DNA of 33,345 nt from Alphaproteobacteria bacterium. Its GTDB lineage: Bacteria > Pseudomonadota > Alphaproteobacteria > Rickettsiales > UBA998. The position numbers and the translations under genes are program-made. Positions 25,818 through 33,345 of this stretch are shown here, in pieces. The stretch covers positions 1 to 33,345 of the forward strand of contig JAUIJX010000003.1 in the NCBI GenBank assembly GCA_030430795.1. Reading direction: 5' to 3'. Under the pieces are notes generated by a model. That model was given only the letters and a program-made list of their open reading frames with translations. It did not search any database and had not been told where the DNA came from. The number at the start of each line of letters is the position of its first letter. The first letter of the stretch is position 1.

Positions 25818-27290
25818 CTAGGCTGGCTGGCTATCCCGGTTAAACAGGCGCGGGACGGTGATGGTCACGGTCGTGCCTTTTTCCAGCTCACTGTGAATGT
25901 TGAAGGTACCTCCTAAAATTTCGACAAACTTCTTGGACAATGGCAGTCCAAGCCCCGTACCCTCATACTTCCTCGACAATTTGCTGTCAACCTGACCGAA
26001 TGGCTGCATCACCTTGGAAATATCCTTCGGTGCAATACCGATACCGGTGTCGCTGACTTCAATCACAATGGAATCATCCGCCGGATTGTGACGTGCCGAG
26101 ATTTTGACTTCGCCACCCGCAGGCGTGAATTTCACCGCATTTGACAACAGGTTCAACAGCACCTGCTTGAGTTTCTTGGCATCGGTCTGCAGGGTGAAAT
26201 GCTTGTCCGGCATATCTTCCACCAGTGTTACCTGCGCTTCCTCCGCACGCGGGATGACCAGACGCATGCTGTTTTTCACCATTTTCACGCCATCGATCTC
26301 GGAGATGTTCACCTCCAGCTTCCCGGCCTCCGCCTTGGAGAAATCGAGAATGTCGTTAATCAGGCTGAGCAGATGCACGCCGGAGCTGTGAATATCGCGC
26401 ATATATTCCTGATACTGATGCTCCAGCTTGGCGATGGCCTCGGTTTTGAGAATCTCCGAGAAACCAATGATGGCATTGAGCGGCGTGCGCAATTCATGGC
26501 TGATATTGGCGAGGAATTGTGACTTATCGCGGTTTTCCGCTTCGGCGGCGGCGGCGGCGGCGGTCAGTTCGAGATTGACCTCATGCTGCTTGGCGATGAT
26601 GCCCTCGGCTTTACGGGAGGAGACAAAGAGTACGGTGATCAAAATGACGAAGATCAGGACGATTCCTCCCATCGAGACGATCTGGAAGTTCCACAGCTTC
26701 TCCCATTGCGGGGTGATGTTGTAATGCAGCTCAATGACGGCCTCGACCTTAGCCTGCGTGTTATTGGCCACCACCGGGACATAGAAATCCGACAATATCG
26801 GCGTAAAGGTCTGAATGAAGGTTCCATAGGCGACCTGCCCACCGGTGAGGTAGTATTCCTTATCGTCCAGAATCCGGCTGGTATTTTGCGCCTGTTTGGC
26901 CATGTTGAAGGCCAGCGCCTCTTCGCTATTGAAGCTGGCAGCCTCTTTGGAGGGGTCGGTGGAGAGGATCAAATCGCCAGACAGAGTGTAAATATTGATC
27001 TCCGAGACAGGCATTTCCTCGAAATAATCAAGGGTCTCGTTCTTAAATTCCAGGAATTCCCGATAGTTACCCCAACGCTTCACATCAATGCGCCACAGGC
27101 GGATCAGGACATTATAATGCTTCTTCCAGGTGGAATTGATGTATCCCTGCGCCAGCGCAGCGTTGTTTTTTTCCACCAGCGTGATCAGGTCTTCCGAGGC
27201 AATAGAACGGAAGTACATGCCTACGAAATAGGCCGTAACCACCACAAGAATAAGGCTAATCGCCGAAAAATAGCGAAGGTAGCTGAACAT
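25818..27290 (-). CDS. Sensor histidine kinase, PleC/DivJ family
   Basis: TM, periplasmic domain, TM, then KSQFLANISHELRTPLNAIIGFSE, NLLSNAVKFT, DTGIGI and PFGQVDSKLSRKYEGTGLGL; no receiver domain, no visible cytoplasmic PAS. Confidence 0.9.
   Translation of the reverse strand: MFSYLRYFSAISLILVVVTAYFVGMYFRSIASEDLITLVEKNNAALAQGYINSTWKKHYNVLIRLWRIDVKRWGNYREFLEFKNETLDYFEEMPVSEINIYTLSGDLILSTDPSKEAASFNSEEALAFNMAKQAQNTSRILDDKEYYLTGGQVAYGTFIQTFTPILSDFYVPVVANNTQAKVEAVIELHYNITPQWEKLWNFQIVSMGGIVLIFVILITVLFVSSRKAEGIIAKQHEVNLELTAAAAAAEAENRDKSQFLANISHELRTPLNAIIGFSEILKTEAIAKLEHQYQEYMRDIHSSGVHLLSLINDILDFSKAEAGKLEVNISEIDGVKMVKNSMRLVIPRAEEAQVTLVEDMPDKHFTLQTDAKKLKQVLLNLLSNAVKFTPAGGEVKISARHNPADDSIVIEVSDTGIGIAPKDISKVMQPFGQVDSKLSRKYEGTGLGLPLSKKFVEILGGTFNIHSELEKGTTVTITVPRLFNRDSQPA
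26543..26563. repeat. (CGG)7 trinucleotide tract, containing six GCC (Ala) codons on the kinase strand
   Basis: Minus strand reads ACC GCC GCC GCC GCC GCC GCC GAA. Confidence 0.9.
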
Positions 27291-27404
27291 ATCCTATATT
27301 TCTGTCCTTTGCCGGGTTTATCCTATTTATCTGGATTCTAACTATTTCTACCAAATAAAAGGTTAATTTTAGGACGAATTTTAGCTATTTCAGCAGATGA
27401 CGCG

Positions 27405-27433
27405 TTGACTTTTGCCCACAGGGGCGTTATACA
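27405..27433 (+). promoter_or_regulatory. Putative sigma70 promoter for the rpmH operon
   Basis: TTGACT-N17-TATACA; the non-T final base is common in alphaproteobacterial promoters. Confidence 0.65.
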
Positions 27434-27471
27434 ACCCGACCACGTTGAATGAATAAGGTGAAGAGGGTACA

Positions 27472-27606
27472 GTGAAACGTACATTTCAACCCAGTAATCT
27501 GGTACGTAAACGCCGCCACGGATTCCGCGCTCGCATGAGCACTGTCGGGGGCCGTAGTGTGATCGCAGCACGTCGCGCCAAAGGACGCAAGCGCCTGAGC
27601 GCTTAA
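27472..27606 (+). CDS. rpmH: 50S ribosomal protein L34
   Basis: Not in the ORF track. GTG start after SD GAGGG gives [44 protein letters not shown] (44 aa). Confidence 0.98.
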   Translation: MKRTFQPSNLVRKRRHGFRARMSTVGGRSVIAARRAKGRKRLSA

Positions 27607-27615
27607 TTCACGGCG

Positions 27616-27969
27616 GTGACACTCGCGCGTCTCACAGTCCGGCAAGAATTCCTGCAGGTTGCGGGTACCGGCAATAAGTTTGTCACCAGATCCATGGTTA
27701 TGCAATATCGTCACGATGCGGCTCAGCAGCAGGCGCAGCTTTCGCGCGTCGGTTTTACGGCAACACGTAAGCTTGGGGGCGCCGTTCAGCGCAACCGCAT
27801 TAAACGCCGCCTGAGAGAAGCTTTCCGCACCGCCTATAATCAACGCCCGGTACATGGGTATGATCTCGTCATTATTGGCCGCCACGGCGCGCAAACCCTG
27901 CCTTATGCTACGCTATGCGAAGATATGCGCTATGCGCTTGGCAAGCTTTCCAAGACGGCGAGCAGTTAA
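27616..27969 (+). CDS. rnpA: Ribonuclease P protein component
   Basis: [25 protein letters not shown]; follows rpmH. Confidence 0.96.
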   Translation: MTLARLTVRQEFLQVAGTGNKFVTRSMVMQYRHDAAQQQAQLSRVGFTATRKLGGAVQRNRIKRRLREAFRTAYNQRPVHGYDLVIIGRHGAQTLPYATLCEDMRYALGKLSKTASS

Positions 27970-28226
27970 TGCATTGGCACCGTATTCCCCTGCGTCTGTA
28001 TCAATGGGTGATCTCACCCTTGAAACCAAGCTGTTGTCGGTATATACCCACCTGCTCAGAGTATGCCGTGGAAGCCATAGAGGTGCACGGTGTATGGAAA
28101 GGTGGCTGGCTAACCTGCAAACGCATGCTGCGATGCCACCCCTGGGGAGGTCACGGGTTGGATCCCGTGCCAGAAAGAATAAAGGAGACGACCGACTATG
28201 ACGCCGGAAACCAACGAAACGCGTAA
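27969..28226 (+). CDS. yidD: Membrane protein insertion efficiency factor
   Basis: [32 protein letters not shown]. Start moved to ATG 27969 (TAATG coupling with rnpA). Confidence 0.95.
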   Translation: MHWHRIPLRLYQWVISPLKPSCCRYIPTCSEYAVEAIEVHGVWKGGWLTCKRMLRCHPWGGHGLDPVPERIKETTDYDAGNQRNA

Positions 28227-29976
28227 TTTATTGCTCGCCCTCGTGTTGTCGACCGCGGTGTTGATCGGTTGGTATGTGTATGTTGGCGAACAGCCAAAAC
28301 CGCAACCCGCCGCAACAGAAGAAACGGTAGCGGCTACCGATGCACCCGATACAGTGCATGACGCCCTGCCTGTCACCGCTGAGCCGCAAGAGTTGGCTTC
28401 CGGGATTGCTGCGGACGGCATGTCGGCCACTCTCAGCAAGCCGCGCACCGAGATCATTCAGGATTCACCGCGGGTACGCATCGCCTCCGATGCCTTGCAT
28501 GGCTCCATCTCGCTGAAAGGCGCGCGGTTCGATGATTTGACGCTGGCGGAATATCGTGAAGACGTCGATAAAAATAGCGCGGATGTGACTCTGCTCTCCC
28601 CTACCGGAGACAACCACACCTATTTCGGTCAGTTTGGCTGGCTGGCAAGCAAAGGCGTCGTCGTGCCCGATGCTTCAACCATATGGCAGACCGACAGCAC
28701 AACACTGACCCCAGAGAAACCGATTCAACTGTTTTGGGATAGTCCCCAAGGCGTGCGGTTCGAGCTGGATATCTCGCTCGATGATCATTTCATGTTCACC
28801 ATCACGCAACGCATCGTCAACCGTGCGACGGGCACTATCTCCGTGGCGCCGTACGGTCTGATCAACCGCGCCTATAAACAGCAGGGCGAACAATTCTTGA
28901 TTCTACATACCGGTCCGCTGGGCGTGGTGGACGATACGCTGATGGAAGTCGATTATGACGATCTGAAAGAGGAAGGCACGCAGACCTTCACTAACAGCAG
29001 CGGATGGTTTGGAATTACCGATAAATACTGGCTGACAGCCATTATTCCGGGCGAAGAGTCACGGTTTAAAACCAATTATCAGTATTATGAAAATCAGGGG
29101 CAGGATCGCTACCAGGTGGATATGCTTGGTAAATCCATCACCATTCCTTCCGGCACGGCACAGGAGAATACCGTGCGCTTCTTTGCCGGGGCGAAGGAAG
29201 TCAGCCTGCTTGATAGTTATGCCGACGTTCACCATATCCCGCTGTTTGACCGGGCGGTGGATTTTGGTGTGCTTTATTTCCTGACCAAGCCGATCTTCCT
29301 GCTACTGAGTTATTTCCATAAGCTGGTCGGCAATTTCGGGGTAGCGATTCTGTTGCTGACCGTTGTCATCAAGCTGGTCATGTTCCCGCTGGCTAACAAG
29401 TCCTACAAGTCGATGGGACAGATGAAAAACCTGATGCCGAAGATGCAGGAGATTCGCGACCGTTATGAAGACGACCGCATCAAGATGAATCAGGAGATCA
29501 TGGAGCTGTATAAGAAGGAAGGCGTCAATCCGGCCTCCGGCTGTTTGCCGATGCTGTTGCAGATTCCGGTGTTCTTTGCCTTGTATAAGGTGCTGTTTGT
29601 GACCATTGAGATGCGTCATGCGCCGTTCTTCGGCTGGATTCAGGATTTATCAGCCAAAGACCCGACCAACTTCTTCACCATGTTCGGATTGTTGCCGTGG
29701 GATGCACCTGCTTTTCTGCATATCGGTATCTGGCCGTTGATTATGTCCGCCACTATGGTGATCCAGCAAAAGCTGAACCCCAAGCCGACCGATCCGGTGC
29801 AGGCGCAGGTGATCGCACTGATGCCGTATGCGTTCCTGTTCCTGTTCGCTAATTTTCCGGCAGGGCTAGTGATTTACTGGGCATGGAACAACGCGCTGTC
29901 GATCATTCAGCAATGGTTCATTACCCGCAATCTGGGTGACGGCAATAAGAAGACGCGTCAAACGCAGTCAGGCTAA
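28198..29976 (+). CDS. yidC: Membrane protein insertase YidC
   Basis: N-terminal TM, large periplasmic domain, [40 protein letters not shown]. Confidence 0.97.
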   Translation: MTPETNETRNLLLALVLSTAVLIGWYVYVGEQPKPQPAATEETVAATDAPDTVHDALPVTAEPQELASGIAADGMSATLSKPRTEIIQDSPRVRIASDALHGSISLKGARFDDLTLAEYREDVDKNSADVTLLSPTGDNHTYFGQFGWLASKGVVVPDASTIWQTDSTTLTPEKPIQLFWDSPQGVRFELDISLDDHFMFTITQRIVNRATGTISVAPYGLINRAYKQQGEQFLILHTGPLGVVDDTLMEVDYDDLKEEGTQTFTNSSGWFGITDKYWLTAIIPGEESRFKTNYQYYENQGQDRYQVDMLGKSITIPSGTAQENTVRFFAGAKEVSLLDSYADVHHIPLFDRAVDFGVLYFLTKPIFLLLSYFHKLVGNFGVAILLLTVVIKLVMFPLANKSYKSMGQMKNLMPKMQEIRDRYEDDRIKMNQEIMELYKKEGVNPASGCLPMLLQIPVFFALYKVLFVTIEMRHAPFFGWIQDLSAKDPTNFFTMFGLLPWDAPAFLHIGIWPLIMSATMVIQQKLNPKPTDPVQAQVIALMPYAFLFLFANFPAGLVIYWAWNNALSIIQQWFITRNLGDGNKKTRQTQSG

Positions 29977-29981
29977 GCACC

Positions 29982-30608
29982 GTGTCTACAGCATCGCAAG
30001 ACCCACGTATCCGCATGTTCGCGAAGGCATGTGACTTTGTCGCAGGGGCGACCAGTATCGACTCGCTGCCGGTGCCCAGCGTACCGGAAGTGGCGTTTGC
30101 CGGGCGCTCGAATGTCGGCAAGTCGAGCCTGCTGAATGCCCTGACCGGGCGGAAGGCGCTGGCACGCACGTCACAAAATCCAGGGCGCACGCGCCAGCTT
30201 AATTTCTTCCTGCTGGATGAAAAGCTGATGCTGGTGGATTTGCCGGGATACGGCTACGCCAAAGCCTCCAAGAAAGAGATCAAAACATGGACGACGCTGA
30301 CCCGCCAGTATCTGTGCGGACGGGCGCAATTGCGGCGCGCCTGCCTGCTGCTGGACGCCCGGCGCGACCTGACCGAGGCCGACCGCGAATGGATGCAGAT
30401 GCTGGATGAGGCTGCAGTGCCGTATCAACTGGTATTAACGAAATGTGATAAACTCTCGCCAAATGAGCTGGAGGCGCGTATAAACGTCACCAAGGAAGCG
30501 GCAGCGAGCCACGGGGCCGCTATGCCGGAGATTATCGCTACCAGTTCTGAGCGCAAAACGGGCATCGATACGTTGCGGTTGGCGCTGGCAGCATTAACGG
30601 AAGCATAA
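29982..30608 (+). CDS. yihA: Ribosome biogenesis GTPase YihA/EngB
   Basis: [28 protein letters not shown]. Confidence 0.96.
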   Translation: MSTASQDPRIRMFAKACDFVAGATSIDSLPVPSVPEVAFAGRSNVGKSSLLNALTGRKALARTSQNPGRTRQLNFFLLDEKLMLVDLPGYGYAKASKKEIKTWTTLTRQYLCGRAQLRRACLLLDARRDLTEADREWMQMLDEAAVPYQLVLTKCDKLSPNELEARINVTKEAAASHGAAMPEIIATSSERKTGIDTLRLALAALTEA

Positions 30609-30609
30609 G

Positions 30610-31521
30610 ATGAAGACGAAAGAACTGAAAACGCCTGAATCATGGCTGCGGACGGCAAAGACCGTTTCGGAGGCACTGCCCTATATGCGGCGCTTCGCGG
30701 GGGAGACCTTTGTCATTAAATATGGCGGGCACGCGATGGGCGACGCCGAGCTGGCCGAGCAATTCGCCCGGGACGTGGTGCTGTTGAAGCATGTCGGAAT
30801 CAACCCGATTGTGGTGCATGGCGGCGGGCCGCAGATCGGCAAGATGCTGGAGCGGCTTAAAATTCAGAGCGAGTTTATCGACGGGCTGCGCGTCACTGAC
30901 GCCGCCACGGTCGAGATCGTGGAAATGGTGCTGTCCGGCACTATCAACAAGCAGATCGTCTCCTGGATCAATGCGGCAGGCGGCGTGGCTGTCGGCCTGT
31001 CAGGCAAGGACGGTAAGCTGATCGAAGCGCGTAAGCTTCAGCGCACCAAGAAAGACCCGGATTCCAATATCGAAAAAGTGCTCGACCTTGGCTTCGTGGG
31101 TGAGCCGACGATGATCCACCCGGATATTCTCTATGAATTTGCGGAGTCGGATATTATCCCCGTGATTGCGCCGATCGGGATCGGCAAAGACGGCGAGACC
31201 TACAACATCAATGCCGATACGGTGGCCGGGGCGATTGCCGGGGCGATGTCCGCGTGCAAACTGATCGTGCTGACCGATGTGCCGGGGATTCTGAACAAGG
31301 ACAAGGAGCTGATCAGCCAGATCAACTCCGCCGAGATTCGTGAGTTGATTGCTGACGGCACTATCTCCGGCGGCATGATTCCGAAGGTGGAGACCTGCAT
31401 GTATGCACTGGAGCGCGATACCGAGGCGGCGCATATTCTGGACGGGCGTATCCCGCATGTGCTGCTGATTGAGACCTTCACCGAGCATGGTGCAGGCACG
31501 ATGTTATCAAAGGATTCTTAG
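30610..31521 (+). CDS. argB: Acetylglutamate kinase
   Basis: [41 protein letters not shown]. Confidence 0.97.
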   Translation: MKTKELKTPESWLRTAKTVSEALPYMRRFAGETFVIKYGGHAMGDAELAEQFARDVVLLKHVGINPIVVHGGGPQIGKMLERLKIQSEFIDGLRVTDAATVEIVEMVLSGTINKQIVSWINAAGGVAVGLSGKDGKLIEARKLQRTKKDPDSNIEKVLDLGFVGEPTMIHPDILYEFAESDIIPVIAPIGIGKDGETYNINADTVAGAIAGAMSACKLIVLTDVPGILNKDKELISQINSAEIRELIADGTISGGMIPKVETCMYALERDTEAAHILDGRIPHVLLIETFTEHGAGTMLSKDS

Positions 31522-32003
31522 GTAAGATACGGGCTGAATTCGTCGAGGATATCGGCGTAGAGCTGTTGCTTGAACGGCACGATCAGTGACGGCAGATCCG
31601 CCGGCGCCACCCAGCGCCAGGCGTTGAATTCCTGATGTGCAGTCTCAATGTTGATGTCGGCATCGCTGCCGTCAAAACGCAGCGCAAACCATTTCTGTTT
31701 CTGTCCGCGATATTTGCCGCCCCATAGCTGCGGCACCAGTTCTGTCGGTAAATCATAGGGCAACCAGTCTTTCGACTCCGCCAGAATGGTCGCTTTGTCG
31801 GTACCGATTTCCTCTTTCATCTCACGGAATAATGCGAGGCGGGCGTCCTCACCTTCGTCGATGCCTCCTTGCGGCATTTGCCATGCCTCAGAGCGCGTAT
31901 CGATGCGCTGGCCGACAAAGACCTTCTTCTCCGCACTGATCAGCATCATACCAACGCACGGACGGTACGGCAGGGATTTTATGTCCACTGTGGAATCAGT
32001 CAT
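31518..32003 (-). CDS. rppH: RNA pyrophosphohydrolase (Nudix)
   Basis: [17 protein letters not shown]...[17 protein letters not shown]. Confidence 0.95.
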   Translation of the reverse strand: MTDSTVDIKSLPYRPCVGMMLISAEKKVFVGQRIDTRSEAWQMPQGGIDEGEDARLALFREMKEEIGTDKATILAESKDWLPYDLPTELVPQLWGGKYRGQKQKWFALRFDGSDADINIETAHQEFNAWRWVAPADLPSLIVPFKQQLYADILDEFSPYLT

Positions 32004-33276
32004 CCACCCGTTCGATCACTGCCGATACCGGCGCCAACACCAGGCTCTTCTCACTCAGCGTGGCTGCCCATTGTTCGATCTTGTTGAGCATTTCCGGGGA
32101 ATAAGCCGCCACGCCGATGGCATAGTCAAAGCTGCGCGCGACCGCTTCCAGTTCGGTCAGCAATTGCTCGGTGGACGCATTGGTGCCGCGTGTCTGCACT
32201 CCAAGCTGGCGGTTCATGTACAGGGTGTGGTCCTCAGTTTTAGCACTGGTGTAACTGCGCGTGCGCAGCAGCATCAACAGTCCGCGATTCTTCAACTCTT
32301 CCGCCACCATTCCCATGTTGCGATAGCCGCTGAAGACCTCGCCGGGCGGGAACGACACCAGTCCGGTATACATACCAGCACTCCCTAAAACGTGAAAGAG
32401 GCGCTCTTTGAGCTCCTCTTCCGGCAAGTCCTTCATCAGGGTGAAAGGCCCGGCATCACTCGCCGGATAGTCTTCCGGCTCCATCGGCAAGTCCAGCCAG
32501 ACCTCATGCCCGTAGGAACGTGCACGGGTGATCTGCTGCGGCAGATTCGGCGCGTAAGGCGAAAAACTCATGGTCAGAAATTCATTGCGTTTGGCCACCT
32601 CATCCGTGGCTTCTTCATCCAGCCCCAACCCGGTGAGGATGATGGCGACAATCGGCAACTCGTCGCTGGAGGTATTCGGCTTGCGGTAATATTCCCACGG
32701 TTCGCCGCCATTCTCACTACGCATCGGCAGCTTGAGTCCTTTGGGCGTGGTCTCCAGCATGGCGCGGTTGAGCGCCTGTTTAAGCGGCACAGAAACCTGC
32801 ACAGTCGATTCTTCCATGACGACCTCACCGGCATCCGCCGTAGACTCGACTGGCGCTTCCTCGGTGGCAGCCCCTTCTTCCGGTGCGGCCTCCTCCGACG
32901 GCATTTCTTCCTGCCCGGTGATCGGCTCGTCTTCCTCTGCTGCCGGTGTTTCCTCTTCCGGCTCTTCCGATGAAATCATCTCGTCATCGGTTGTTTCCTC
33001 TTCCGCGACAGGCTCTTCCTCTTCGGCTGCGGGAGGTTGTTCCTCCGCAGGCGGCGGCGCAACATCCGGCAGGTTCCCCTCCACCGCACCGGTGGCGATG
33101 ATCAGGCGGGCGTATTGCCCGTTTTCAAATGCCTGTTCCTGCAATTTACCACCGCCCGCAAACAGCATGGTAAGCGTGACCAGCCACAGCAGTATCACCA
33201 GCAGGGTGATCACCAACATACCCAGATAGGATGGGGTGACCTTGCCAAGAACCGGTAATGTGACTGTTTTTGTCAT
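31996..33276 (-). CDS. Divergent polysaccharide deacetylase family protein (YibQ-like) with TM anchor and acidic linker
   Basis: AIILTGLG, SFSPY, GHEVWLDLPMEPEDYP, YAIGV, LAPVSA; sits between ctpA and rppH, a common alphaproteobacterial arrangement. Confidence 0.85.
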   Translation of the reverse strand: MTKTVTLPVLGKVTPSYLGMLVITLLVILLWLVTLTMLFAGGGKLQEQAFENGQYARLIIATGAVEGNLPDVAPPPAEEQPPAAEEEEPVAEEETTDDEMISSEEPEEETPAAEEDEPITGQEEMPSEEAAPEEGAATEEAPVESTADAGEVVMEESTVQVSVPLKQALNRAMLETTPKGLKLPMRSENGGEPWEYYRKPNTSSDELPIVAIILTGLGLDEEATDEVAKRNEFLTMSFSPYAPNLPQQITRARSYGHEVWLDLPMEPEDYPASDAGPFTLMKDLPEEELKERLFHVLGSAGMYTGLVSFPPGEVFSGYRNMGMVAEELKNRGLLMLLRTRSYTSAKTEDHTLYMNRQLGVQTRGTNASTEQLLTELEAVARSFDYAIGVAAYSPEMLNKIEQWAATLSEKSLVLAPVSAVIERVDD

Positions 33277-33293
33277 GGTTACATGAGCTTACG

Positions 33294-33345
33294 TTACTTC
33301 GGTTGAGAATTATAAAGCGACAACGCTTCGATCAGATCCAGCGCG
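33294..33345 (-). CDS. ctpA: C-terminal end of a probable S41 carboxy-terminal protease; cut by the right edge
   Basis: Manual translation gives ...ALDLIEALSLYNSQPK*, resembling the CtpA ending. The call rests largely on synteny. Confidence 0.55.
   Translation of the reverse strand, partial: ALDLIEALSLYNSQPK

Noticed and set aside
24993-27341. Plus-strand ORFs 24993-25787 and 26583-27341
   Set aside because: Antisense shadows of panB and the kinase.
27291-27471. Possible replication origin beside rpmH
   Set aside because: No dnaA here. The best DnaA-box match I saw is 7/9 (TTGCCCACA) inside the rpmH promoter spacer, and two divergent promoters explain the region.
1-33345. Mobile elements, CRISPR arrays, tRNA/rRNA, prophage or defence genes
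   Set aside because: No transposase, integrase, repeat-spacer or tRNA-like pattern seen. Intergenic gaps are about 180 nt or less, and no flanking direct repeats were noticed around the pilus module.

Overview
A compact, mostly core-genome stretch from a GC-rich alphaproteobacterium. I saw no mobile element, CRISPR array, rRNA or tRNA. Gene order: pepA (cut by the left edge), divergent lptF-lptG-lptD-surA-rsmA (no pdxA), gmk, an SCO protein, a low-complexity orphan, a PanE-family reductase, a Cbp3-like chaperone, bamE, the minus-strand run rpiB-glyA-nrdR-ribD-racemase-ribE-ribBX-ribH-nusB-thiL, a five-gene type IV filament-type module (PilD, MshL-like liposecretin, ABC-2 permease, helical membrane protein, membrane-embedded AraC), panB, a PleC/DivJ-family kinase divergent from rpmH-rnpA-yidD-yidC-yihA-argB, then rppH, a divergent polysaccharide deacetylase and the 3' end of a probable ctpA. 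The ORF track missed pepA, rpmH and the ctpA end; I translated these by hand. The best candidate for an undescribed system is the non-Tad pilus module with its sensor. Also notable: a perfect CtrA box at the gmk promoter, TTAACC half-sites before the kinase and the orphan, four candidate leaderless promoters with identical spacing, a racemase coupled into the riboflavin operon, and a (GCC)6 tract in the kinase signalling helix. Family calls come from motif recognition, not database searches.
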